A stretch of 64,000 nt of DNA. It comes from an uncultured virus (IMG/VR IMGVR_UViG_3300037508_001334). Taxonomy: Duplodnaviria; Heunggongvirae; Uroviricota; Caudoviricetes. A program made the translations under genes and the position numbers. The stretch lies in IMG/VR virus record IMGVR_UViG_3300037508_001334. One strand, 5' to 3'. The notes beneath the pieces are model-generated. The model did no database searches, had not been told where the DNA came from, and was given only the letters and a program-made list of their open reading frames with translations. This document shows positions 41,237 through 51,223 of the stretch, one piece after another (position 1 is the stretch's first letter; every line of letters begins with the position of its first letter).

Positions 41237-41806
41237 ATGGCACACAGTATTCAAGATTTTAAAGCAGCACTCAAAGGTGGTGGTGCTCGCTCCAATCTAT
41301 TTGAAGTTGTTTTAACTAACTTCCCAGGCGGGGCAGAGTTTGATGCTAATGAATTTTCGGTTTTATGTAAAGCAGCAAATTTACCTGCGTCAAATATTGC
41401 ATCTATTGATGTTCCTTTTAGAGGAAGAACTTTTAAAGTAGCAGGGGATCGTACATTTGATCCTTGGACAATTACAGTTATTAATGATGAAGACTTTAAA
41501 ATCAGAAAAGCAATGGAAGCTTGGATGCAATTTGTTGGTCAATATGCTGATGGAAGTGGTGCAACCAATCCAAATAGTTATATGGTTGATGCATTAGTCA
41601 GACAACTCAAAAGAAATCCAAGTGTCGTTGGTGGAAATAATGTTGTAGGAAGTGGTCTTGACGTTGCTGCGCAGTATAAGTTCTATAGTATTTTCCCAAC
41701 AACTATCTCCGCAATTGATCTTTCATATGATAGTGCGGACACAATTGAAGAATTTACCGTAGATTTCCAAGTACAATACTGGTCACCATATACAGGTGAA
41801 AATTGA
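41237..41806 (+). CDS. gp19: Tail tube protein gp19
   Basis: GGARSNLFEV, VPFRGR..KVAGDRTF..W.ITVIND, IEEFTV.F. Confidence 0.96.
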   Translation: MAHSIQDFKAALKGGGARSNLFEVVLTNFPGGAEFDANEFSVLCKAANLPASNIASIDVPFRGRTFKVAGDRTFDPWTITVINDEDFKIRKAMEAWMQFVGQYADGSGATNPNSYMVDALVRQLKRNPSVVGGNNVVGSGLDVAAQYKFYSIFPTTISAIDLSYDSADTIEEFTVDFQVQYWSPYTGEN

Positions 41807-41809
41807 TAG

Positions 41810-41817
41810 AATAAATA
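41810..41817 (+). promoter_or_regulatory. Late promoter for gp20
   Basis: AATAAATA in the gp19-gp20 spacer. Confidence 0.75.
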
Positions 41818-41843
41818 TATCAAGGATCAAAATAAAATAAATT

Positions 41844-43532
41844 ATGGCAAAGTTATTTGGATTTTCTATTGAAGATAGTGAACCATTATCTCCGAGTGTA
41901 GTTTCTCCCGTTGCACCTAATAGTGAAGATGGGAGTGATTTTTATCTATCTAGTGGATTTTTTGGATCATACGTAGATATTGAAGGCGTTTATAGAACCG
42001 AATTTGATTTAATTAAAAGATATCGTGAAATGTCGCTTCATCCAGAGTGTGATAGCGCCATTGAGGATATTGTTAACGAAGCAATTGTAAGTGACACTAA
42101 TGATAGTCCAGTATCAATTGAACTATCAAATTTGAATGCAAGTGATGCGATAAAGAAAAAAATTAGAGATGAATTTAGATATATTTTAGAACTATTGGAT
42201 TTTGATAGAAAATCTCACGAAATCTACAGAAATTGGTATGTTGATGGAAGACTCTACTATCATAAAGTAATTGATTTAAAAAACCCACACGAAGGAATTA
42301 AAGAACTTCGTTACATAGATGCAATGAAAATGCGTTATGTGCGTCAACAAAGACAAACGGAAAAGGATAAAAAAATTTATAGATTAGCGAATGTAAATAT
42401 TGATGATCCAATGTCTTATGAATTTCCAGAAATTGAGGAATATTACGTTTATAATCCAAAAATGACTTATCCAACAACCAACCCATCTTCTTTGGGTGGA
42501 ACTGGAGGCATTAAGTTTTCAAAAGACTCTATTACATACTGTACTTCAGGTCTTGTAGATAGAAACAAAGGTTCAACTCTTTCATATCTACACAAAGCAA
42601 TTAAATCCCTCAATCAACTTCGTATGATTGAAGATAGTCTCGTCATTTATAGATTGTCTCGTGCTCCAGAAAGAAGAATTTTTTATATTGATGTTGGAAA
42701 TCTACCAAAAGTAAAAGCAGAGCAATATCTCCGTGATGTAATGATGCGTTATAGAAATAAGATGGTCTATGACGCAAACACTGGAGAAATTCGTGACGAT
42801 AAAAAATTTATGGCAATGCTTGAAGATTTTTGGCTTCCAAGAAGAGAAGGTGGTAGAGGCACTGAAATTTCCACTCTTCCTGGAGGACAAAATCTTGGAG
42901 AAATTACAGATATTGAATATTTTAAGAAAAAACTCTATCGTTCATTGAATGTTCCCCCATCAAGAATGGATGGAGAAGGTGGATTTAATCTTGGTCGTTC
43001 ATCTGAAATTCTTCGTGATGAAGTTAAATTCAGTAAATTCGTTGCACGTTTAAGAAAAAGATTTTCTTATATGTTCAATGATATGTTAAAGACACAATTG
43101 ATTTTAAAGAATATCATTACTCCAGAAGATTGGGAGATGATGGATGAACATATTCAGTATGATTTTCTTTATGATAATCATTTTGCAGAACTTAAAGATG
43201 CTGAACTTTTAAATGAGAGATTGAGTATGGTTCAAGTTGCAGAACCATATGTCGGAAAATATTTTTCTCAAGATTATGTGAGAAGAAAAATTCTTCGTCA
43301 AACTGATGAAGAAATTGTTGAGCAAGATAAAATTATTAAGAAAGAAATTAAAGATGGGGTGATTCCGGATCCAAATGTTCCGGTAGATCCAACAACAGGA
43401 ATGCCTTTAGGACCAGAAACATCACAGATGGATTTAGGTAAGCCAGTGATGGAGCCAAATCTTGATGCTGATGGTGCTGCAACAGAAGTAAATGCAAAAG
43501 TTGCAGAAATGCCCAAGGGTGGAGAGATATAA
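41844..43532 (+). CDS. gp20: Portal protein gp20
   Basis: YRLSRAPERRIFYIDVGNLPK.KAEQYL, EDFWLPRREGGRGTEI. Confidence 0.97.
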   Translation: MAKLFGFSIEDSEPLSPSVVSPVAPNSEDGSDFYLSSGFFGSYVDIEGVYRTEFDLIKRYREMSLHPECDSAIEDIVNEAIVSDTNDSPVSIELSNLNASDAIKKKIRDEFRYILELLDFDRKSHEIYRNWYVDGRLYYHKVIDLKNPHEGIKELRYIDAMKMRYVRQQRQTEKDKKIYRLANVNIDDPMSYEFPEIEEYYVYNPKMTYPTTNPSSLGGTGGIKFSKDSITYCTSGLVDRNKGSTLSYLHKAIKSLNQLRMIEDSLVIYRLSRAPERRIFYIDVGNLPKVKAEQYLRDVMMRYRNKMVYDANTGEIRDDKKFMAMLEDFWLPRREGGRGTEISTLPGGQNLGEITDIEYFKKKLYRSLNVPPSRMDGEGGFNLGRSSEILRDEVKFSKFVARLRKRFSYMFNDMLKTQLILKNIITPEDWEMMDEHIQYDFLYDNHFAELKDAELLNERLSMVQVAEPYVGKYFSQDYVRRKILRQTDEEIVEQDKIIKKEIKDGVIPDPNVPVDPTTGMPLGPETSQMDLGKPVMEPNLDADGAATEVNAKVAEMPKGGEI

Positions 43533-43535
43533 ATA
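43528..43535 (+). promoter_or_regulatory. Late promoter
   Basis: Exact TATAAATA overlapping the gp20 stop. Confidence 0.8.
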
Positions 43536-43562
43536 AAAACGATTAACTAAAGGTATTAAAAA

Positions 43563-43739
43563 ATGGATGATCTTCTGGATATGATTGTTGCTGACGAATC
43601 ACCGTCTCAAGTAAGTGATAAGATTAAAGAGCTTCTTTTTGCAAAGTCTGCAGAAAAAATTGATTCTTTTAGACCAGCAGTAGCAAATTCTATGTTTGAT
43701 GTTGCAGATGAATATACATATGCAGATGAGGAAGAGTGA
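43563..43739 (+). CDS. Small acidic prohead-core-like protein (58 aa; gp67 position; not in ORF track)
   Basis: MDDLLDMIVADESPSQVSDKIKELLFAKSAEKIDSFRPAVANSMF...EEE directly after gp20 and a late promoter. Confidence 0.75.
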   Translation: MDDLLDMIVADESPSQVSDKIKELLFAKSAEKIDSFRPAVANSMFDVADEYTYADEEE

Positions 43740-43742
43740 TAG

Positions 43743-44651
43743 GTGGATGATTTTGGAGTTAAAATAGATTTATCAGACTTTTTTTCTTCTATAAGTAACG
43801 AGAAGAAAAAGAAAAAGGAAGAATTTAACTCAATTGTTGGTGAATTAAATTTAAATATTATCTTTGAAGAAGTAACTACTTTAAAAAAGAAAAATAAAAT
43901 TAAAAAAAAGAAAGAAGAAAAGACTCTTGAATCTTTTGAAAATTGGTTGTATTCCACTAATGTAAAAGAACAATCAATAGAGGAAGTTCAAGAAATTGTA
44001 GAAGAAGTCATTGAAGAAGTTCAGGAAATAGTAGACAATATAGTAGAGGAAAAAAAAGAAGGATCGACATTAATTGAAAAATCTTTAGGACTTCTTTCTG
44101 AACCTTCAAATACTAAAGTTCAAAATGATCCACTTACACCTTTGGATCAAAAGTTTGCAACACTTGACGATCTTCAAAAGCATTACAACTTATTCATAAC
44201 AAGAATTCAACAACAACTTTCCACATTAGGTGGAAGTGGCGAAACTCATCTTGAGTTCCTTGATGATGTTGACAGAGATAGTGTAAAAAGAGACAATTAT
44301 TTTCTCAAATACGATGCATCGATAAACAAATGGGTTGGTGATGATGGTGGTGGGGTTGGTATTACCAGCATTGTATTCATAACTGGAGTTACTACCTATT
44401 ATGCTGCAACAAGAGATGTTGATTATATTGGAGTCAGTGCTGATGTTCCAGTCACAATTGATTTACCAACTAACGCAGATCCAGGAAAACAAATTATTAT
44501 AAAAGATGAGGGTAATAAAATATCTACATATAATATCACAGTTCGTGCTGGTATTGGGGCGAGTGTTGAAAATGACACTTCAGTTCTGATGAAAATCAAT
44601 CACGAAAGTTTTACTTATTTTTACAATGGATATAACTGGTATATAATCTAA
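43743..44651 (+). CDS. Hypothetical protein: charged N-terminus, fibre-like C-terminal domain (302 aa)
   Basis: GTG start; K/E-rich coil, GGSGE..LEFLDDVD..FLKYD...KW linker, beta-rich tail (DYIGV..VTIDLP..GKQIIIKDE). Confidence 0.65.
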   Translation: MDDFGVKIDLSDFFSSISNEKKKKKEEFNSIVGELNLNIIFEEVTTLKKKNKIKKKKEEKTLESFENWLYSTNVKEQSIEEVQEIVEEVIEEVQEIVDNIVEEKKEGSTLIEKSLGLLSEPSNTKVQNDPLTPLDQKFATLDDLQKHYNLFITRIQQQLSTLGGSGETHLEFLDDVDRDSVKRDNYFLKYDASINKWVGDDGGGVGITSIVFITGVTTYYAATRDVDYIGVSADVPVTIDLPTNADPGKQIIIKDEGNKISTYNITVRAGIGASVENDTSVLMKINHESFTYFYNGYNWYII

Positions 44652-46651
44652 TGTCTTTTAATCCCCTTCCACAACCAGCAACCGCAGTAGTTCTTACAGG
44701 CATATCTACTACACCAGTTTCTTTTGATAACCCATTTCCAGTATCTCTTGGAAGTTCAAATATTACAATTAATGGTGATGTGAGTATTGGAGCAACTGTG
44801 AATGTTGCAAGTTCCCCAGCAAATCCAGTCCATACTCATATCACCGAAGTTGGAACAACTGATATTCTAACTGTTCCTTATATGCCTGTTGGTATTGGGA
44901 CTAATAATTTAAATCTCACATATCTTCCTGTTGGTATTTCTTCACTACTGAATACTGTATCAATTGCTAATACAGTTTCCATATCTAATACTTCGTTTTA
45001 TGTAACCAATCCAGTAACATCAGTAACTGTTGGTGGAACAGTATCAATAGGAAATACAGTTTCCATATCTAATACTTCATTCTACATAACCAATCCAGTA
45101 ACATCAGTAACTGTTGGTGGAACTGTTTCTATTGCTAATACAGTTTCCATATCTAATACAAGTTTTTATGTAACCAATCCGGTTACTTCTGTAACTGTTG
45201 GTGGAACAGTATCAATAGGAAATACAGTTTCCATATCTAATACTTCATTCTACATAACCAATCCAGTCACAACAGTCGCAGTATCAGGTATTGGTTCTAC
45301 TGTTACAGTTCAAGGAACAGTAGGAATTGGAACAACAGGGCAAGTATCACTCAATCTCAATAATGCTCCTGTAAGTTCTAGTAATCCCCTACCAGTTACG
45401 GGAACAGTATCAATTTCCACATCATCAGCAGCAGCATCTATTACATTTCCCCCAATAGCAACTGATGCATTTGGTCGTTTAAGAACTTCAACTCCACTTA
45501 CACTTTTTGATAGTTCCCACAGATACAAGGACAATAATCTTTGGAGTGGTTTAGTTGTAGGAACTGGTTCAACAGTTGGATTTGTAACAACACAAGGTTT
45601 AGTCAATATTAGTATAGGAACTACTGCTGGATGTTCTGCGATTAGGGAAACCACAAAAGTATTCTCTTATCAACCAGGAAAATCATTACAAGTGATGAAT
45701 ACTTTTGTAATGAACCCAGCAAAAGCAAATCTTCGTCAAAGAGTAGGATACTTTGGTGCAGATAATGGAATGTATCTAGAACTTGATGGAAGTACTTTAT
45801 ATTTTGTAGAAAGAAGTTTATCTACTGGAATAACAACACAAATTTCGCAAAATAACTGGAATATTGATACGATGCTTGGTGCAGGGCATCTCAATCCATC
45901 TGGTGTTACATTAGATATTTCCAAAGCACAAATTTTGTGGATGGATATTGAATGGTTGGGAGTTGGAACAGTTAGGTTGGGTTTTGTAGTTGATGGGAAA
46001 TTTATTCACTGCCATTCATTCCATCACGCAAACTTAATCACTTCAACTTATATTACAACAGCATCACTTCCAGTAAGATATGAGATTGCAAATACTGGAA
46101 TTACAACAAGTTCAAGCACATTGAAACAAGTTTGTTCTAGTGTAATTTCAGAGGGTGGTTATGAACTTCGTGGATTACAACAGGCAATAGGAACACCAAT
46201 CACGGCACCAAGAACTCTTACTGTTGCCGGAACATTTTATCCGATAATTTCTTTAAAATTAAAATCTAATTATTTGGATGCGATTGTTATTATGACAGCA
46301 CTCTCAATCATGGGAGTAAATAATGGAGTTAATTATAATTGGCAAGTAAGAGCATCTGGAACTACAACAGGTGGAAGTTGGGTGAGTGCTGGTGCTGATA
46401 GTGCCGTAGATTACAATATTACAGGAACTTCTTATACTGGTGGAAGAATACTTGCAAGTGGATTTTTTAATTCGGCAAATCAAGGTTCACCATCAATCAA
46501 CATTCTAAAAGAAGCTTTATTTAAGTTTCAACTTGAAAGAGATGGATTGACTAGAACATCTTACGAACTAACACTTGTTGTCGCTGCTTCACCGATATCT
46601 AGTTCAGAAAGTGTTTATGCTGCTATGGACTGGGAAGAAATTAGCAGATAA
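44651..46651 (+). CDS. Putative virion structural protein with tandem repeats (666 aa)
   Basis: TAATG overlap; S/T/V-rich stalk then a globular domain starting DAFGRLRTSTPLTLFD. Confidence 0.7.
   Translation: MSFNPLPQPATAVVLTGISTTPVSFDNPFPVSLGSSNITINGDVSIGATVNVASSPANPVHTHITEVGTTDILTVPYMPVGIGTNNLNLTYLPVGISSLLNTVSIANTVSISNTSFYVTNPVTSVTVGGTVSIGNTVSISNTSFYITNPVTSVTVGGTVSIANTVSISNTSFYVTNPVTSVTVGGTVSIGNTVSISNTSFYITNPVTTVAVSGIGSTVTVQGTVGIGTTGQVSLNLNNAPVSSSNPLPVTGTVSISTSSAAASITFPPIATDAFGRLRTSTPLTLFDSSHRYKDNNLWSGLVVGTGSTVGFVTTQGLVNISIGTTAGCSAIRETTKVFSYQPGKSLQVMNTFVMNPAKANLRQRVGYFGADNGMYLELDGSTLYFVERSLSTGITTQISQNNWNIDTMLGAGHLNPSGVTLDISKAQILWMDIEWLGVGTVRLGFVVDGKFIHCHSFHHANLITSTYITTASLPVRYEIANTGITTSSSTLKQVCSSVISEGGYELRGLQQAIGTPITAPRTLTVAGTFYPIISLKLKSNYLDAIVIMTALSIMGVNNGVNYNWQVRASGTTTGGSWVSAGADSAVDYNITGTSYTGGRILASGFFNSANQGSPSINILKEALFKFQLERDGLTRTSYELTLVVAASPISSSESVYAAMDWEEISR
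44957..45270 (+). repeat. 84-bp (28-aa) coding tandem repeat, about 3.7 copies
   Basis: Units start at 44957, 45041, 45125 and 45209: VSI(A/G)NTVSISNTSFY(V/I)TNPVTSVTVGGT. Confidence 0.92.
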
Positions 46652-46658
46652 ACAAAAT

Positions 46659-46666
46659 AATAAATA
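46659..46666 (+). promoter_or_regulatory. Late promoter
   Basis: AATAAATA 24 nt upstream of the ATG at 46691. Confidence 0.7.
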
Positions 46667-46690
46667 ACTATTAAATGTATTATAAGAATA

Positions 46691-47239
46691 ATGACTCATA
46701 GACCAGTTGGTGCAGGTTCATCATTTGCATTTAGTGCAGGAACTGCTACCACATCATCAGCATTTACTGTTCAATCAGATACATTGAGAGTTGTTGCAAC
46801 CGGCGCAGCATTTATTTCTGTGGGAGCAACTCCTTTTGCAACTTCTGCTGATTACTATGTTATTGCAAATACTCCAGCAACAATTGCTTTAACAAAAGCA
46901 TCAAATAGAGTTGTTGGAGTTACAACAGGAACCACCACGATTGTTACGGTTCCAGAAGGAACTCAAGTTCCATTTGGTGTTGGCGATTATGTAACTCTCA
47001 CTGCAAGTGGACAGTCATATTATAACTTTACTCATCAAAGAGTAATTTCAGTTGATACGACTTCAAATGTTGGTGGATATTATCAAACAAGAATGACGGT
47101 TGATTATAATTCAAGTGGCATCGTAACGGCATTTTCTTCATCGGATGCAACCGTTACTGCATCAAATAAAGTTTCTGCTTACGGTGTAGGAGCAGGAGCA
47201 CTTTATTACCAACAAGTACAAATTTCAGGACAAGCATAA
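46691..47239 (+). CDS. Hypothetical virion-associated protein (182 aa)
   Basis: Late promoter; translationally coupled to gp21 (TAATG); beta-rich A/S/T composition. Confidence 0.7.
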   Translation: MTHRPVGAGSSFAFSAGTATTSSAFTVQSDTLRVVATGAAFISVGATPFATSADYYVIANTPATIALTKASNRVVGVTTGTTTIVTVPEGTQVPFGVGDYVTLTASGQSYYNFTHQRVISVDTTSNVGGYYQTRMTVDYNSSGIVTAFSSSDATVTASNKVSAYGVGAGALYYQQVQISGQA

Positions 47240-47889
47240 TGAAACTCATCACAGAAGAAATAGAAAAGGTTGAAGTTATTGCAGAAGGAACTGGAAAAAA
47301 TCAAAAACTTTATATTAAGGGTCCGTTCCTTCAAGCAGAATGTGTGAACCGTAATGGACGTATGTATCCTCTTTCAATTATGGAAAGAGAAGTAAAACGT
47401 TATACAGAACAATATGTGAATAAAGGTCGTGCTTTAGGTGAACTTGGACATCCAGACGGACCTACTGTAAATCTTGATAGAGTTTCTCATAAAATTACTG
47501 AACTTTATCGTGATGGCAATAACTTTATTGGCAAAGCTCAAATTTTATCTACTCCAATGGGTAAAATTGCAGAATCTCTTTTACGAGAAGGTGTTTGTCT
47601 CGGTGTTTCTTCTCGTGGTATTGGATCTTTAAGAGAAAACAATAAAGGATACAAAGAAGTTGGTGAAGATTTTATGCTTGCAACGGCTGCTGATATTGTT
47701 GCCGATCCTTCTGCTCCTGATGCTTTTGTTCAAGGAATTATGGAAGGTAAAGAATGGATATGGGATGGTGGTATGTTAAAGGAAAAAGTTGCAGAGAATA
47801 CAAAAAAGAGAATAAATACTTTAGTTGATGAAGGTATTCTTGAAGAATATAAGTTATCATTATTCAATGAGTTCATAAACTCATTGTAA
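47239..47889 (+). CDS. gp21: Prohead protease gp21
   Basis: MKLITEEI, NRNGRMYP, ALGELGHP, GVSSRGIGS, DIVADPSAPDA. Confidence 0.97.
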   Translation: MKLITEEIEKVEVIAEGTGKNQKLYIKGPFLQAECVNRNGRMYPLSIMEREVKRYTEQYVNKGRALGELGHPDGPTVNLDRVSHKITELYRDGNNFIGKAQILSTPMGKIAESLLREGVCLGVSSRGIGSLRENNKGYKEVGEDFMLATAADIVADPSAPDAFVQGIMEGKEWIWDGGMLKEKVAENTKKRINTLVDEGILEEYKLSLFNEFINSL

Positions 47890-47899
47890 ATTATTAAAT

Positions 47900-47911
47900 T
47901 ATAAATAAATA
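47900..47911 (+). promoter_or_regulatory. Late promoter(s) for gp22-gp23
   Basis: Overlapping TATAAATA and AATAAATA boxes. Confidence 0.85.
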
Positions 47912-47943
47912 TAGATTTACTACAGGAAAATCGGAGAGTTCAA

Positions 47944-49110
47944 ATGTCTCGTGGAGATTTACAAGAAATGGAAGTAGGCACTAAGCAATCCAAAACTGCT
48001 GTTAATGCCAATGCGAAAGCAGCAGATTCAATGCCTAAATTATCTGGCAATATTCCAGATGGGCAAACTGCTAGTTGGGAAGATTTGGGTGGACCTGATC
48101 CATCAAATTATCGTCCAGATGATGATTCAGCAAAATTGAAAACTCCCGGAGCAACCCTCAAGCAAGTTAAGGATGTTGTTAATAAAGGAGCTAAATCAGC
48201 TGATGAAATGAAAGGAATGAAAGAAGAAGAAGATCTAGAAGATGAAAATCTGATCGAAGAAGAAACCGAAGAAGAGGAAGAACTCGAAGATGAAGAGGTA
48301 GTTTCGGAATCAAAACACAAAAAAGAAGAAGATGAGGAAAAAGAAGATGAAGATGAAGATGAAGATGAGGAAGAAATGGAAGAATCTTTTGGTATTGAAG
48401 AAGATGTAAATGCTCTTCTATCTGGTGAAGATCTTTCTGAAGAATTCCAAGAAAAAGCACGTACAATCTTTGAAGCTGCTCTCCGTTCTAAGGTTGGGGA
48501 AATCAAAGAAGCACTTGAAGAAGAGTATGCAGTTGCTCTTGCTGAGGAAGTTGAAGAAATTAAATCAATCCTCAGTGATCGTGTTGACGCTTATTTAGAG
48601 TATGTTGCTGATGAGTGGATGCAAGAAAATTCACTCGTCATTGAAAACGGTCTTAAGACTGAAATGACCGAATCTTTCCTCTCTGGCATGAAAAATCTTT
48701 TTGAAGCACATTATGTATCAATCCCTGAAGATAAATATGATGTTCTTGAGAGTATGGTAGAAAAACTTGATGAAATGGAAACAAAACTCAACGAGCAAAT
48801 TGAGAAAAATGTTTCCCTAAACAAACGTCTCGCAGAGTCGGTTGCAGAAGGAATCTTTGAAAAAGTCTCTGATGGTCTTGCAGACACTCAGAAAGACAAG
48901 CTCGCTTCACTTGCCGAAAGTGTTGAGTTTGAAAGTGAATCCGATTATCGTGAAAAACTGGAGACTTTAAGGGAATCATATTTCCCCTCAAGAGTAGTTT
49001 CTCCTAATGCAAAAACTGAAACATTGTCTGAAAGTGTAGATAGTTCCCCAGAAACCATTTCTGGAACAATGTCCGCATATTTGAAGACTCTTTCAGCATT
49101 TCGCAAATAA
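47944..49110 (+). CDS. gp22: Prohead core scaffold gp22
   Basis: Glu-rich; LSEEF.EKA.TIFEAA, VD.YLEYVADEW..EN; lies between gp21 and gp23. Confidence 0.94.
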   Translation: MSRGDLQEMEVGTKQSKTAVNANAKAADSMPKLSGNIPDGQTASWEDLGGPDPSNYRPDDDSAKLKTPGATLKQVKDVVNKGAKSADEMKGMKEEEDLEDENLIEEETEEEEELEDEEVVSESKHKKEEDEEKEDEDEDEDEEEMEESFGIEEDVNALLSGEDLSEEFQEKARTIFEAALRSKVGEIKEALEEEYAVALAEEVEEIKSILSDRVDAYLEYVADEWMQENSLVIENGLKTEMTESFLSGMKNLFEAHYVSIPEDKYDVLESMVEKLDEMETKLNEQIEKNVSLNKRLAESVAEGIFEKVSDGLADTQKDKLASLAESVEFESESDYREKLETLRESYFPSRVVSPNAKTETLSESVDSSPETISGTMSAYLKTLSAFRK

Positions 49111-49165
49111 TTGAATTTAATATAATTCAAACACAAAAACACACTTTAGTAAAAGGTAAAAGCAA

Positions 49166-50602
49166 ATGTTTCATTCAGAACATCTGCAGGAAAAGTGGGC
49201 ACCTCTCTTAGATTATCAGGGTCTTGATCCAATCAAAGATTCTCATCGTAGAGCTGTAACTGCTGTCCTGTTAGAAAATCAAGAAAAATTTTTAAGAGAA
49301 GAGCAAGCATTCCAAGTTGGAAATTTATCCAACTTAATGGAATCTCCAACCAATAGTGCAAATGTTGCTGGTGGTTCTGGTGGTTTTGGTGGTACTGCTG
49401 CTCCTGGCGGTCCTACTGCAGGTTTCGATCCTGTTCTAATTTCCCTCATTCGCCGTTCAATGCCAAACTTGGTCGCTTATGACCTTGCTGGTGTTCAACC
49501 AATGAGTGGTCCAACTGGACTCATTTTTGCAATGCGTTCACGTTACACTAATCAGAGTGGCACTGAAGCATTCTACAATGAAGTAGATACTGCATTCTCG
49601 GGACAAGATGCAGGACTTGATGAACCCGCAGGATTTTCTGATGGTGCTGTTGGTTTTGGTACTACTGCGCAGTCAGGTTCCAATCCTTCAGTTCTAAATC
49701 CAGTTGGCACTGCTACAACCAATCCTTCACCATATAACGTTGGTCAGGGAATGGCAACTGGAGATGCTGAAAATCTTGATGGCAACAGCACTGATGCCTT
49801 CAATCAGATGGCATTCTCGATCGAGAAAGTCACTGTTACTGCAAAGTCACGTGCTCTGAAGGCTGAGTACTCACTTGAGCTTGCTCAGGACCTCAAGGCA
49901 ATCCACGGTTTAAATGCAGAAGCGGAATTAGCAAACATTCTTTCAACTGAGATTCTTGCTGAAATCAACCGTGAAGTTATCAGAACCATTTATAAGGTTG
50001 CTGAGCAAGGTGCTGTTCAAAACGTTGCAACTCCTGGAATCTTCGACCTCGATATCGATTCAAACGGACGTTGGAGTGTTGAGAAGTTCAAGGGTCTGCT
50101 GTTCCAAATCGAAAGAGATGCGAACGCAATTGCTCAGAGAACTCGTAGAGGGAAGGGCAACATCATTATGTGCTCAGCTGACGTTGCCTCTGCATTGACA
50201 ATGGCTGGTGTTCTTGATTACACCCCCGCACTCAATGCTAACCTTTCAGTCGATGACACCGGCAATACTTTTGCTGGTACTCTGATGGGTAAATTCCGTG
50301 TCTACATTGATCCATATGCTGCTAACCTGACTTCTGCTAACGGAACTCCAGGTAATCAGTACTATGTTGTTGGTTACAAAGGTGTTAGCCCATACGATGC
50401 AGGTCTCTTCTATTGCCCATACGTTCCTCTCCAAATGGTTCGTGCCGTTGGTGAGAACTCCTTCCAACCAAAAATTGGCTTTAAGACCCGTTATGGTCTT
50501 GTTGCTAACCCATTTGCAGAAGGAACCACTCAGGGTCTTGGAAGATTACAACTCAATGCGAACAGATATTATCGTAGAGTTGCTGTTAAGAACTTAATGT
50601 GA
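49166..50602 (+). CDS. gp23: Major capsid protein gp23
   Basis: EKWAPLL, GVQPMSGPTGLIFAMR, SRALKAEYS.ELAQDLKAIHGL, FQPKIGFKTRYG. Confidence 0.98.
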   Translation: MFHSEHLQEKWAPLLDYQGLDPIKDSHRRAVTAVLLENQEKFLREEQAFQVGNLSNLMESPTNSANVAGGSGGFGGTAAPGGPTAGFDPVLISLIRRSMPNLVAYDLAGVQPMSGPTGLIFAMRSRYTNQSGTEAFYNEVDTAFSGQDAGLDEPAGFSDGAVGFGTTAQSGSNPSVLNPVGTATTNPSPYNVGQGMATGDAENLDGNSTDAFNQMAFSIEKVTVTAKSRALKAEYSLELAQDLKAIHGLNAEAELANILSTEILAEINREVIRTIYKVAEQGAVQNVATPGIFDLDIDSNGRWSVEKFKGLLFQIERDANAIAQRTRRGKGNIIMCSADVASALTMAGVLDYTPALNANLSVDDTGNTFAGTLMGKFRVYIDPYAANLTSANGTPGNQYYVVGYKGVSPYDAGLFYCPYVPLQMVRAVGENSFQPKIGFKTRYGLVANPFAEGTTQGLGRLQLNANRYYRRVAVKNLM

Positions 50603-50624
50603 TTTAATATCACATTGTTTATTC

Positions 50625-50650
50625 AGAGGGTCTTCGGACCCTCTTTTTTT
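50625..50650 (+). terminator. Rho-independent terminator with cUUCGg tetraloop
   Basis: AGAGGGTC-TTCG-GACCCTCT followed by a T tract, after gp23. Confidence 0.93.
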
Positions 50651-50651
50651 A

Positions 50652-50659
50652 TCTAAATA
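50652..50659 (+). promoter_or_regulatory. Late promoter for gp3
   Basis: TCTAAATA immediately after the terminator. Confidence 0.65.
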
Positions 50660-50668
50660 TTTAAAAAA

Positions 50669-51223
50669 ATGGCAAGAGATTCTCAGATAGAAAATAGAAA
50701 TTTTTTATCACCAACAGGATTTAAATTTACATTAACAAGATTTCCAAAAGTATCATTTTTTTGCAACGAAGCAAATATTCCAGATATTACTTTAGGCATT
50801 GCAAATCAACCATCATATTTAAAGGATATTGATATTCCTGGAGATAAAATTGTTTTTGGAGATTTCAATATAAAATTTTTGGTTGATGAAGATTTGGAAA
50901 ATTATAATACGATTCAAAATTGGATTCGTGGACTAGGATATCCAGAAAAACTAAGTCAATTTTCAGACTTGAATAATTCTGATGCGTATGGTGGAGCAAA
51001 TTATGTACAAAAGGGTTTAAACATATATTCTGATGCAACTCTACAAATTTTAAAAAGTAGTCAAATTGCAAATTTTCAAATAAAATTTAATGATTTATTT
51101 CCATATAGTTTGAGCACTCTTACATTTGACGCAACTCAAACAGATATTCAATACTTTACAGCAGACGTAGGTTTCAAGTATACTATCTACAACATACTTG
51201 ATTTGAGTGGAAATCCACTATGA
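50669..51223 (+). CDS. gp3: Tail completion protein gp3
   Basis: NFLSPTGFKF, ANIP.I.LG, PGDK, FLVDEDLENY, SDATL; synteny. Confidence 0.9.
   Translation: MARDSQIENRNFLSPTGFKFTLTRFPKVSFFCNEANIPDITLGIANQPSYLKDIDIPGDKIVFGDFNIKFLVDEDLENYNTIQNWIRGLGYPEKLSQFSDLNNSDAYGGANYVQKGLNIYSDATLQILKSSQIANFQIKFNDLFPYSLSTLTFDATQTDIQYFTADVGFKYTIYNILDLSGNPL

Noticed and set aside
44957..45270. Possible CRISPR array or DGR repeat
   Set aside because: Contiguous in-frame coding repeats with synonymous variation, no spacers, and no cas or reverse transcriptase gene in the window
48108..48506. Minus-strand poly-Ser ORF
   Set aside because: Shadow of the GAA/GAT-rich acidic tract of gp22
50603..50668. Absence of gp24 after gp23
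   Set aside because: The gp23-gp3-uvsY-uvsW order is the usual cyanomyovirus arrangement, not a novelty
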